Notes under the pieces: generated by a model
What the model saw: the letters and a program-made list of their open reading frames with translations, nothing else
Told to the model about the DNA's origin: nothing
Databases searched by the model: none
Shown here: in pieces, positions 1 to 12,000 of the stretch
Position numbering within the stretch: the first letter of the stretch is position 1
Layout: every line of letters starts with the position of its first letter
Assembly (NCBI RefSeq): GCF_039654945.1
Contig: NW_027361982.1
Coordinates: 6,200,001 to 6,264,000, forward strand
Reading direction: 5' to 3'
DNA length: 64,000 nucleotides
From: Dendrobates tinctorius
Lineage: Eukaryota
Program-made: the position numbers and the translations under genes

Positions 1-61
1 AGTAACTACACACCGCACTGATAGATAACAGTCGCTCCCCGGACACCCCGAATACACTCAC

Positions 62-420
62 TGCGCCCCATGTGAACGAGAACACGGCGGCGGAAGACAG
101 AAAACCCTACAAACACAACAATGACCCGTCCGCGCTCGCCGTATTACCGCTCAGCGACTTCTCCCGCCACTTCCGGCCTCCTGTAATGTCAATGACGTCA
201 CGAGAGTAGTTTCCGTTTCCGGAAAGATCCAGAGACGCCATGACGCGACACACAGCAGGGGGCGGAGCCGGCGAAGTTCAAACCTAGAATAGCGCGCGGC
301 AGGGCGTGGCTACTACTGGACTGACAACGCGAGGGCACGCCCACTACAGGGGCGTGGTCAGTGTGTATATAACGGCTGCACGATAGGCGGGAGAAAGCTC
401 ACCTCATGTGCGACGTTACG
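62..420 (-). promoter_or_regulatory. CpG-island promoter and candidate first exon of an unidentified minus-strand gene running off the left edge
   Basis: CpG-rich stretch with ETS/GABP core ACTTCCGG (169-176), palindromic CRE TGACGTCA (193-200), GC box GGGGCGGAG (259-267) and E2F-like GGCGGGAGAA (159-168 minus, ~386-395 plus). The minus strand reads ATG GGG CGC A|GTGAGT (ATG 71-69, donor at 61). Confidence 0.6.
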
Positions 421-530
421 GGTTGTCCGTGCGCCATTGTGTAGCTCTGCGCCATGGTTTCTCCATGGCAAGAGCCGTTTATCTTTGTATGTATCAAATT
501 ATTATTAGTGTAATGTTGGGTAGAAAATTA

Positions 531-650
531 TTTTTTTAATGTTCTCCTTGTGAGATAAATAAGGCTCATGTATAGAAAGGGCAGTACAATTTTTTTAATG
601 TTCTCCTTGTGAGATAAATAAGGCTCATGTATAGAAAGGGCAGTACAATT
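531..650. repeat. 59-bp direct tandem duplication
   Basis: tttttttaatgttctccttgtgagataaataaggctcatgtatagaaagggcagtacaatt occurs twice back to back (gttctcc at 541 and 600). Confidence 0.9.
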
Positions 651-1422
651 AACTTGATGCTCCAGTTGCAACTGCTTTTTATAAGATAATCACTTTTTTA
701 CAAAAAACTTTTTTCAACATTTTGTGAGACAGTAATCTTTTCATATTTTATAGTGTTTGTTATTTGCAAAATGAGCCGTAGTTTTATCGGCGCCATTTTG
801 GAATATATACGACTTATTCATTTTTCTTTCATTTTCTGTCATGGTAGTTCTGCCTCAGTATTTCAGATTTTTGATACCGTGCCGATGTGGATTTATATTA
901 CTCATGGTTATAGACAGGAAATAGGAATGAGCGAGGCTAGCGCTAGGATGCTAGGATGCTCATTTCAAGTAACGAGTATAATGGGAGTCAATGGGAAATC
1001 CAAGCATTTTTTCTGGCAGACCCGATAAGGAGGTCTGGGGGGGGGGCAGTGAAATGAATGGAAGAACAACATGGGGAAGACCCCTGAAAGCATCTCTGAC
1101 CCACAGATCGCTACTGATAACGATGGGGTCACACTTTTACTCCATTTTAAGGACTGACAACAAAAAACATTCCCAACTGACCAGAAATAAGAGTTTACAG
1201 GAAAAAAAAAATTTAAGAAACAATTTTCCTGTATAAAGATTTGTATATAAGGCAAAATTTAAAAAGGATGAAAAAAATAACAACTTTAGTAATTCAAAAT
1301 TGACATTTTTAATAACAAATTGGTAATTTCAATGTAATTTATGAATGATGCAAAAACTGCCAAAAATTTGATGGAAGATGAACTAAGATACACCCTGTGT
1401 AAGATATAAAAGATACAATAAT

Positions 1423-2646
1423 CTGACATTTCCCTCTCCGTGGACGGCACCATATTAACGCCCTGGCAACAGGCGCGCTATCTGGGTGTTATGTTTGACA
1501 CCAATCTCTCCTTCACGTATACAATATCTTGCCCGCTCTTGCCGCTTACACTTAAAGAACATCTCTAGAATCTGCCCTTTTCTCACCATGGAAACAACAA
1601 AAACCCTCACTGTTGCCTTGATCCACTCCCGCCTGGACTACTGCAGCGCTCTATTAATTGGCCCCCCGTTACTCAACTATCCCGTCTCCAGTCCATACCT
1701 AATGCAGCAGCCAGGGTTGTCCATCTGGCTAATCGGTACTTGGACACGTCCACTCTTCGCCAGTCCTTACATTGGCTGCCCATTCATTATAGGATCCAAT
1801 TCAAAGTACTTGTTTTCACCCACAAAGCTCTCTACAGTGCAGCACCCACCTACATCTCCCTCATTTCTGTCTATCAGCCTAGCCGACCGCTGCGCTCTGC
1901 AAACGACTTTCGACTAATCTCTGCACTAATCCGTACCTCCCACTCCCGACTACAAGACTTCTCCCGCGCTGCACCAATCCTTTGGAATGCTCTACCCCAA
2001 GAAATTAGAACTATCAACAATTTGCATAGTTTCAGGCGCTCCCTCAAAACACATTTGTTCAGAGCGTCCTCAGGAAAAAAACACCAGTGAAGAAAAACAC
2101 TGTGAAACTTTGAAACGCGTCGAATAAAGACCACTGTAATAATAATGGTTCATAGTGATTCGCAGCGCGGATTGTCTGACCACTTTTTTTTCCTATCCTG
2201 CATCTTATACGTCGGTCCCTCGTGGATCTGTGGTTTCTGCAGCAGCGAATCCTCCATGCTTAGTTATTACAAGCTCCATCTGGTGAGTGTATTATTTTTA
2301 AATTGATATACCTACACTGGATAATGCACTCATGCGCTATTTCTCTTCAATAGTTCACTAATCAAAGTCATTCTATGTGTAAGTGTGCATGTGTAGCCCA
2401 TTCACTATCTCCTTTCATCCCTCAAGACGGCTGGACCATCATTGTAAATACACCATTGTAAATACACACCTGTACTTTGTATCTCCCCCACCTCATTGTA
2501 GATTGTAAGCTCTCACAAGCAGGGTCGTCTGATTTTGCTTTAATTATTGTATTGTTAATGTTACTTATGACTTGTGTTTTGAAACTGTTAAACTGTAAAG
2601 CGCTGCGGAATATGTTGATATAAAAATAAAGATTATTATTATTATA
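1423..2646 (+). mobile_element. L2-clade LINE 3' fragment (degraded ORF2 C-terminus and tail), interrupted at ~2068-2345
   Basis: Translations give LIHSRLDYC, LHWLPIHYRIQFK and SRLQDFSRAAPILWNALP, typical of L2 ORF2 ends. The tail is ttgtaagctc...aaagcgctgcggaatatgttg...aataaagattattattatta. Confidence 0.85.
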
Positions 2647-3238
2647 AAAGAGAGCCTCATACATATTCTGTTCAAATTGTCATGTAGTGGTACTCCTAGA
2701 CTTATAAAAGCTTTGCACACAATGCAAAGCCTGCTAAAAATTTCAAGCAGGATCATCCATACACTCTTGAAGGCACCAACTGTAGTGCCTCATACAAATA
2801 TTGTGAGCAAAGTGTAGTTGTGGTTCTCCTACACTCATAAAAGCTCTGCACACAGTGCCAAGCCTGACAAGAAATACAAAGCAGGGCCATCCATACAACC
2901 TTGAAGGCACCAACTCGCGTGCCTCATAAAAAAAAAAGAAGGTGTAGTTGTGGTACTTCTAGACTCAATGGTTCTGCACACAGTGCAAAGCCAGAAACAA
3001 ATTCTAAGGAGGGTCATCATACACCCTAGAAGGCAACAACTGGAGGCCCTCATTCAAATACTGAAGATTAAAAAACACTATGTGCTTCTATCATCTGGTG
3101 GTGTAAAGAAGTCGGGACTAATCCAGGCTTTGTTCATTTTAGCGGCAGGGCAGCACAACACCTCGAAGGCACAAAGGGACCGTTCATACCACGTGTCCAA
3201 CTTTGAGACCCAATAGTTGAAGGTCGCAGAGGAATTAA

Positions 3239-3660
3239 GGGCCTTTCTCACATAGCGAGATTGCTAGCGATATCGCTATAGCATCACCGATTTTGTGACG
3301 CAACAGCAATCTCGCTTTGTGTGATATGTACCTGCGACAGGCCCCCGCTGGTTATCGCTGATCGTGCTCGAATGGCCTGGGCCATTTTTTCATCGGCGTC
3401 CCGCTGGCCGGCATGCATCTCTGTGTTCGGTGCCGACAAGCGTCGTCGCAGAACTCATGGACGCAGGCGGAAGTTGTCAGAATCGCTGCGGTGTGACAGG
3501 TAACAGCGACCCCTGACGGATCGCTGTATCGCTGCTGCGTTGCTGGAGAGATCTGACTGTTTGGCAGCTCACTAGCGACCATTTAGCGATGCACCAGCGA
3601 TCCTGACCGGGTCGTATCGTTGTCGGGATCGCTGGGGCATCGCTAAATGTAACGGGACCC
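3239..3660. mobile_element. Harbinger-type MITE (same family as 27742-28128 and 29768-30537)
   Basis: TAA flanks, imperfect TIRs and shared internal motifs (gatcgctgg/ccagcgatc, ggcagctcactagcgacc). Confidence 0.7.
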
Positions 3661-4959
3661 TAAGGGAGTATGCTGGTTTTGTCTGCCAGGTACTTGACCA
3701 TCTTTATAAACTTTTCCCTCCTTGTGTAAATATCCGGTCATCAGGGCCTTGGACACTGGAAGTGTGTTATGAAAGTAGCCCAGGCCTTTGACAGTGTCCT
3801 CTGCTGTATGTGGTATGTCCCCCTCACATTTCCTCCTGGGTCGGGCAAGGAAGCTTGTCCTCTGTCCGCTAGCATTGTCTTATGGGCATTATTTTAACAT
3901 TTTCCACAATGGCTTTTTGATATAGCACCATTTTAGAAGACCTCTTTGCCTCAGAAAGGAGAGATGCAAGGTTCTCCTTGTAGTGTGGGTCTAGCAGGGT
4001 GACCAACCAGTTCTCTTTATTGGCCAAGATGAATATAATATGTGGTTTAGGGGAAAGGCAGCATTACATAAAGTTGGCCATATGAGCCAAGCTCCCTACA
4101 GCCAATACTTCCTTGTCTCCACCATGATGATGGCTCTCCATCTCTTTCTCCTCAGCCCATTCACGTAGGAGAGATGGGACAAAGCTTGTGTGGGTACTAG
4201 CCTTTTTCTGTGCTAGCAACCAGCCCCTGTTCCTCCTCAGCCTCCACCTCATTGTTACCCAATCCATGCTGAGCAGATGAGATAAGGATGGGTAGTATCT
4301 CCGTCTCATGTCTTTCTCCATCTCCACCTTGTCAGCTTGCAAAGCTTCATGTTTAATTGTCAGCAGCAACTGTTTAAGTAGGCACAGAAGCGGGATTGTT
4401 GTGCTGATTTTGGCGTCATTGCCGCTCACCACCTTTGTGGAGTCCTCCAAGTCTTGGAGAAGCGCACAAATGTCAGACGCTCTTGTCCACTCTTCAGTTG
4501 TTATGTGCGGAAGCTAACCAGAGTACCAACAAGTGTGTTGGAGCTGGTATTCCACAACTGTCCTCTGCTGCTCACATAGCCTTGGCAGCATGTGCAGTGT
4601 GAAGTTCCAGCGCGTGGTGATGTCGCACACCAGTCGTTGAGTTGGCACTTGCATGCGCTGCTGCAGCAATGCCAGAATGGCGACAGCTGTAGCTGACTGG
4701 CGGAAAGGAGCGCTGACACAGCGTACCTTGACCAGAAGCTCTGGGTATGTTTTAAGAAACCTCTGAAATATCAAGTTGAGCATGTGGGCCAAGTATAGGA
4801 CTGGTAGAGCTAACAGTCTGCTCCCTGACACTCTAAAGAATTAAATGTATTTGAAGTTCTTGTATATTATAAAAGGGTAACACTCAATGGGGCTGCAGTT
4901 AGCTTAGACAGGGTTACCTGTAATGGCCAGACCAGTTTGGGAGTGGGGACTGAGAGTTA

Positions 4960-5155
4960 GGCCGGGATCACACATGCGAGAAACTCGGACGAGTCTCGCA
5001 TCTTAATACCCGGCACTGTCGTCGGCACTCAGGAGCAGAGCGTGCAGCTGCATGTCTTTCTATGCTGCCACATGCTCCGCTCCCGAGTGCCGGCGGCAGT
5101 ACCGGGTATTAAGATGCGAAACTTGTCCGAGTTTCTTGCAAGTCTGACCCCGGCC
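4960..5155. mobile_element. Palindromic Harbinger-type MITE
   Basis: tta|ggccgggatcacacatgcgagaaactcggac ... gtccgagtttcttgcaagtctgaccccggcc|tta; the element folds back along its length and has a TTA TSD. Confidence 0.8.
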
Positions 5156-5759
5156 TTACGCTAAAAGACGGAAAGGAGAAATAAGGAAAGTCAGCTCACC
5201 GAAATGCCTTGCACCTTGTTCATGAGTGTCATCCGCGCGGAGCAGTCCCAGTCTCAGACTCAGTCAATGAAGGAAAAAAATGAAAGAAAGTTCTCCAGCG
5301 ATGAAAAATGGTCCCAATGAAGGCATAAAAACAATTTTTTATTTAAACCATTTAAAATTGTAAGCAACCAATATGGGTAACTGTACAGATGATGCACATA
5401 TGAGAAACCTACGCTTTTCAGTGATAAGCCTTAGTCATGGTATATCCTAACTTCTCTGATGGGTCCTGTCATCTAATAAATGCCTCTCTTGTGCTATAAA
5501 AGTCTACAGTGTGAATAGGCAAACATGCCTCTCCTGCGTTAAAACTTGCACATTAACCCCTTCATGACCCAGCCTATTTTGACCTTAATGACCTGGCCAT
5601 TTTTTGCATTTCTGACCAATGTCCCTTTTTGAGGTAATAACTCAGGAACGCTTCAACGCATCCTAGCGATTCCGAGATTGTTTTTTCGTGACATATTGGG
5701 CTTCATGATAGTGGTATATTTAGGTCAATAATTTTTGCGTTTATTTAAATAAATTTTTA

Positions 5760-8715
5760 GCCTGCTATTTTTTATTTTCACAAAGGTAACAGGATAAATT
5801 GGACCCCAAAAGTTGTTGTCCAGCTTGTCCTGAGTACGCTGGTACCACATATGTGGGGGGGACCACTGTTTGGGCACACGTTGGGGCTCAGAAGGGAAGT
5901 AGTGACGTTTTGAAATGCCGACTTGATGGAATGGTCTGTGGGCATCATGTTATGTTTGCAGAGCCCCTGATGTACCTAAACAGTGGAAACCCCCCACAAA
6001 TGACCCCATTTTGGAAACTAGATCACCCAAGAAACTAATATAGATGTGTGGTGAGCACGTTGAACCCCCAAGTGCTTCACAGAAGTTTATAACGCAGAGC
6101 CGTGAAAATAAAAAAATATTTTTTTTTCCTCAAAAAATTATTTTTAGTCCACTATTTTTTATTTTCACAAGGGTAACAGGATAAATTGGACCCCAAAAGT
6201 TGTTGTCCAGCTTGTCCTGAGTACGCTGGTACCACATATGTGGGGGGGACCACTGTTTGGGCACACGTTGGGGATCAGAAGGGAAGTAGTGACGTTTTGA
6301 AATGCCGACTTGATGGAATGGTCTGTGGGCATCATATTATGTTTGCAGAGCCCCTGATGTACCTAGACAATGGAAACCCCCCACAAATGACCCCATTTTG
6401 GAAACTAGATCACCCAAGAAACTAATATAGATGTGTGGTGAGCACGTTGAACCCCCCAAGTGCTTCACAGAAGTTTATAACGCAGAGCCGTGAAAATAAA
6501 AAAATATTTTTTTTTCCTCAAAAAATTATTTTTAGTCCACTATTTTTTATTTTCACAAGGGTAACAGGATAAATTGGACCCCAAAAGTTGTTGTCCAGTG
6601 TGTCCTGAGTACGCTGGTACCCCATAAGTGGGGGGGGACCACTATTTGGGCACACGTTGGGGCTCGGAAGGGAAGTAGTGACGCTTTGAAATGAAGACTT
6701 GATGGAATGGTCTGTGGGCGTCATGCTACATTTGCAGAGCCCCTGATGTACCTAAACAGTGGAAACCCCCCACAAGTGACCCCATTTTGGAAACTATATC
6801 ACCTAAGGAACTAATCTAGATGTGAGGTCAGCACTTTGAACCCCCAAGTGCTTCACAGAAGTTTATAACGCAGAGCTGTGAAAATAAAAAAATATTTTTT
6901 TTTCCTCAAAAAGTGATTTTTAGCCCACTATTTTTTATTTTCACAAGGGTAACAGGATAAATTGGACCCCAAAAGTTGTTGTCCAGTTTGTCCTGAGTAC
7001 GCTGGTACCCCATATATGGGGGGGGACCACTGTTTGGGCACACGTTGGGGCTCGGAAGGGAAGTAGTGACGCTTTGAAATGCCGACTTGATGGAATGGTC
7101 TGTGGGCGTCATGTTACGTTTGCAGAGCCCCTGATGTACCTAAACAGTGGAAACCCCCCACAAGTGACCCCATTTTGGAAACTAAACCCCCCCAAGGAAC
7201 TTATCTAGATGTGTGGTGAGCACGTTGAACCCCCAAGTGCTTCACAGAAGTTTATAACGCAGAGCTGTGAAAATAAAAAAATATTTTTTTTTCCTCAAAA
7301 AGTGATTTTTAGCCCACTATTTTTTATTTTCACAAGGGTAACAGGATAAATTGGACCCCAAAAGTTGTTGTCCAGTTTGTCCCGAGTACGCTGGTACCCC
7401 ATATATGGGGGGACCACTGTTCGGGGACACGTTGGGGCTCGGAATGGAAGTAGTGACGTTTTGAAATGCCGACTTGATGGAATGGTCTGTGGGCGTCATG
7501 TTACGTTTGCAGAGCCCCTGATGTACCTAAACAGTGGAAACCCCCCACAAGTGACCCCATTTTGGAAACTAGACCCCCCAAGGAACTTATCTAGATGTGT
7601 GGTGAGCACGTTGAACCCCCAAGTGCTTCACAGAAGTTTATAACGCAGAGCTGTGAAAATAAAAAAATATTTTTTTTTCCTCAAAAAGTGATTTTTAGCC
7701 CACTATTTTTTATTTTCACAAGGGTAACAGGATAAATTGGACCCCAAAAGTTGTTGTCCAGTTTGTCCTGAGTACGCTGGTACCCCATATATGGGGGGGG
7801 ACCACTGTTTGGGCACACGTTGGGGCTCGGAAGGGAAGTAGTGACGCTTTGAAATGCCGACTTGATGGAATGGTCTGTGGGCGTCATGTTACGTTTGCAG
7901 AGCCCCTGATGTACCTAAACAGTGGAAACCCCCCACAAGTGACCCCATTTTTGAAACTAGACCCCCCAAGGAACTTATCTAGATGTGTGGTGAGCACGTT
8001 GAACCCCCAAGTGCTTCACAGAAGTTTATAACGCAGAGCTGTGAAAATAAAAAAAATTTTTTTTTTCCTCAAAAAGTAATTTTTAGCCCACTATTTTTTA
8101 TTTTCACAAGGGTAACAGGATAAATTGGACCCCAAAAGTTGTTGTCCAGTTTGTCCCGAGTACGCTGGTACCCCATATATGGGGGGACCACTGTTCGGGG
8201 ACACGTTGGGGCTCGGAATGGAAGTAGTGACGTTTTGAAATGCCGACTTGATGGAATGGTCTGTGGGCGTCATGTTACGTTTGCAGAGCCCCTGATGTAC
8301 CTAAACAGTGGAAACCCCCCACAAGTGACCCCATTTTGGAAACTAGACCCCCCAAGGAACTTATCTAGATGTGTGGTGAGCACGTTGAACCCCCAAGTGC
8401 TTCACAGAAGTTTATAACGCAGAACCGTGAAAATAAAAAATCTTTTTTTTCCACAAAAATAATTATTTTAGCCCCCATTTTTTTATTTTCCCAAGGGTAA
8501 CAGGAGAAATTAGACCCCCAAAGTTGTTGTGCAATTTTTCCTGAGTACCCTGATACCCCATAAGTGGGGGTACACCACTGTTTGGGCACACGTCGGGGCT
8601 CGAAATGGAGGGAGCACCGTTTGACTTTTTGAACGCAAAATTGGCTGGAATAAATGGTGGCTCCATGTCGCGTTTGGAGAGCCCCTGATGTGCCTAAACA
8701 GTGGAAACCCCTCAA
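5760..8715. repeat. Tandem array of ~388-bp units (~7.6 copies)
   Basis: The anchor ggataaattggacccc recurs at 5792, 6179, 6567, 6955, 7344, 7730 and 8118, and in diverged form at 8503. Confidence 0.95.
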
Positions 8716-8724
8716 TTCTATCTC

Positions 8725-9066
8725 CAACCCTAACGCCAACACACCCCTAACCCTAATCCCAACCCTAATCATAACCCTAACCACAACCCTAATCCCAACA
8801 CACCCCTAACGAAATCCCAACCCCAACCCTAATCCCAATTCCAACCCTAACCCTAAATTCAACCCTAACCCTTAGTCCAACCCTAACCCTTAGTCCAACC
8901 CTAACCCTTAGTCCAACCCTAACCCTTAGTCCAACCCTAACCCCTAGTCCAACCCTAACCCCTAGTCCAACCCTAACCCCTAGTCCAACCCTAACCCTTA
9001 GTCCAACCCTAACCCTAACCCTAGCCCTAACCCTAACCCTAACCCTAGCCCTGGACCTAACCCTAA
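8725..9066 (+). repeat. Interstitial telomere-like (CCCTAA)n variant tract
   Basis: CCCTAA repeats with variants, including an 18-bp unit ccctaacccttagtccaa repeated ~8 times at ~8863-9010. Confidence 0.9.
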
Positions 9067-12000
9067 TGGAAAAAAAAAAATAAATAAATATTTTATTATT
9101 TGTCCCTACCGATGGGGGTGATAAGGGGGGCGGTGATTTACTTTTTATTTATTTTGATCACTATGAAAGTTTATCATAGTGATCAAAATAAATGAATGAA
9201 TCTGCAGCGTTGCAGATTCGATTCGGCGCACTGCGCATGCGCCCGCCATCTTGCAAGATGGCAGCGCCCATGACGCTGGACGGCAGGACACCGGGACGGA
9301 TAGCGGGAGATCGGAGGCACAAAGGAGGGTGAGGGGGTGATCGGAGGGTGAGAGGGGATGATCGGAGGGCTGGGGGGGCGGAGGGAAGGCGGGGGGGCAG
9401 ATCATGACGGCGGCTGCCGATCGGTGCCGTCAGAAGGTGGCGGCAGCCGATCGGTGCCGTCAGTCGGTGTGGGGGGGGTCGGGTCTCGGTGTCCAGCCAT
9501 GTCCGATGCTATTTCAGCATCGGCCATGGCTGGATTGTAATATTTCACCAATTTTCATTGGTGAAATATTACAATCGCTCTGATTGGCAGTTTCACTTTT
9601 AACAGCCAATCAGAGCGATCGTAGGCACGTGGGGGCTAAGCCACACCCCCAGGTGTTAACTCTGAAGGGTCCTTTGTGTGCGGGTCGGGTGACCTTTCAG
9701 TGACCCCGGTCACCCGACCCGCAGGGGGGCTATTTATAGCATGACGCCTACGTAGGCGTCATAGGTCGTTTGGGCACTGCTTTTCATGACGCCTATGTAG
9801 GCGTCATAGGTCGTGAAGGGGTTCACATTAAAGTAAGCTTGAAGGAACCAGAGTTGATTATAAACACCCTTGGGCTTATGGTTGGGCTGAAGAGTAAGAA
9901 AGGTAGAGGTGACAACCTCCAATGGATAACTGCATAGAACAAAAAACCTGACCAGCACCTCCATATAGTATGAACAGGTGCCTACTGCAAAGAATACATA
10001 ACTTGCAAAAAGGAGGAATGCAGCAGCACTCCGTAGAGTGGCAACTGTGTCTCATCATCATCTACCTCCTTAGACAAAATTTGCCGTTACCAAACATCAT
10101 CTTCTTGTGACCGTGGCTGCTCAGGGTCTTCTGCATCACTAAACAAGATGTCCTCCTGTCCCTCTTGGAACTTGCATGGTGACTGGCCAGAATAAAGAAA
10201 TTATTATGTAAAGAGATCCTTAGAGTGTGTCCTACTGTAGGATCACTGGTCTCCTGGGACTCAATATGGTGGGAGGAAGGATGATCGGTGAGGATTAAAT
10301 GATCCAGACTCTTGGGTGGTGAGACTGGACTGTGTGGAAGACTGGGTGGTGCTGGCAAGCATGCTGGAAGCATCTACTATCCAACTGACCACCTGTTTGC
10401 GCTAGTGTGGCTTCAAAAGTGGTGTCCCATAACTTACTGCAAACTGGGACAGGAAGCTATGTGTCATGGATGGGCATGTTGCTTGTGAACCAGCAACAGG
10501 TGCAGTTGCATCTGCCTCAAGTCCTCACTGTCTGCATGCACCATCATCAGTACTTCCACTTCCTCATACCGTACCGCATTTCGTAATTGCTAGGTCTCTG
10601 GAAGCCAAGTTTCATTGATTAATCGAAACTAAACTTAAAAAAAACGGTCACCTGTAGCAGGCCAAGCGGTTTTTAAAAATTTTAAACTACAGTAATTTTA
10701 TACAAAGCACATTAAACTGTATGGATGACTATAGTCAATATTGTAGAAGTAAAACATTTTGTGAACTGTAGCAAGCCAAGTGGTTTTTACAAATTTGAAA
10801 CCACTGTGCTTTTACACAAGGCATGTTAAACTGTATGGATGACAATCATCAATTTTTGGAACAAAATATTTTGTGAACTGTAGCAGGCAAAGCGGTTTTT
10901 AAAAATGTTAAACCACCATAATTTTACACAAAGCACATTAAACTGTATGAATGACAATATAGCCAATTTTTTCATCCCCCAAAAATAAAAAATGTGGTCA
11001 CGTGCTGCAGCTATACATTTAGCAAGGGACTGCAAAGCCCTAAGCCCTGCTTAGAGGCTGTATTTAACTACTCTCCCTGCTCGAGCAGCTGTCCCTAGGC
11101 TAAATGAATAATGTAATGAATAGAAACAGAAAAAGGACAAAATTAGTCCTTAGAAGGACTTTTAGTATGATAGTTCAGCATCAGCACCAGTAGCACCACA
11201 GGAGGACTCTAATGAAACTGTGCACACAGAGGACTGGAAAACCACTCTCTCCCTTTAATAAAAAATGTCGCTGAGCTGTCCAATGGCATTAGTGTGCCAA
11301 GAGTGGTGGCACCAGTCCTTTTATAACCCCTGATGAGGTTATTTGGCCAGCCAATCACAGTAATGCCACTACCAAGATGGCTACGGCATTACAGTGACTG
11401 GCAGGCACTCTCTGCATGTTTATTGGCTGTGTAATAGGCATCAAACATGCAGGATGGGGTTTTCGAGCATTCAGTCTGAGCACCAGCCAAGCTTCGATGA
11501 GTGCCATTCACATCTGAGCAGCCAGATACTTGAGTGATATCTGAGTAACACCAAGCATGTCCCCTCATCACTAATGGTAAGTACTAAATTTTTTTTAAGC
11601 ATTTGCTTTTTTTTAATTAAATTAACTTTTTATTCTGTAAAAAGCAAAAAAGCTTGTTTGTTTTTTTTTAAGCATAAACGGACTGAATTTCATCAGCGGT
11701 TTTGATCAGACTTTCGTCAAAGCGTCATCAGATTTGGCCCTAGTTTTATTAGTTTTCTTGCATGAGAGACAAAAAAAAAAAAGATTCTCTACCTTCTATC
11801 TTCTCCTCTATAGCAGTCCATGAGAGTGGACATCTGAATGCTTTATTCACAGACCCATAGACTTGCATTTCCAGTTTTGATCCGACACTCAGATCAATAT
11901 TACACGTCTCGCAAAAGAAAAAAAACCTCAGACATATGGACAGCCCCATATACTTACTATACACACACGTTCTGTCCATGAAAAACATAGATAAAACCCG

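Larger units (their letters stand above)
5557..9821. mobile_element. Non-autonomous TTAA-type (piggyBac-like) DNA transposon carrying a satellite array and telomere-like repeats
   Basis: ttaa|ccccttcatgacc at left and ggtcgtgaagggg|ttca at right (13-bp TIR with 1 mismatch, right TTAA degraded). No transposase ORF. Confidence 0.7.
2670..11572 (-). mobile_element. Fragmented hAT DNA transposon remnant hosting later insertions
   Basis: Minus ORF pieces at 4064-4831 read LAHMLNLIFQRFL and CDITTRWNFTLHML (hAT C-x2-H and TRWN blocks). A TIR-like end TAGTGATGAG lies at ~11563-11572, with short internal tandem arrays at ~2700-3060 and ~10650-10960. Linking these pieces into one element is inference. 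Confidence 0.55.

Noticed and set aside
975-1420. Possible LINE RT remnant on minus
   Set aside because: Too degraded to support by eye; it needs a profile search.
5760-8715. Repeated ORFs (MDPKSCCP..., MTPTDHSIKS...) or a CRISPR-like array
   Set aside because: They are by-products of a tandem satellite. Frames shift between units, and there are no unique spacers or cas genes.
8725-9066. True chromosome end
   Set aside because: The tract is short, degenerate, internal and enclosed by transposon TIRs.
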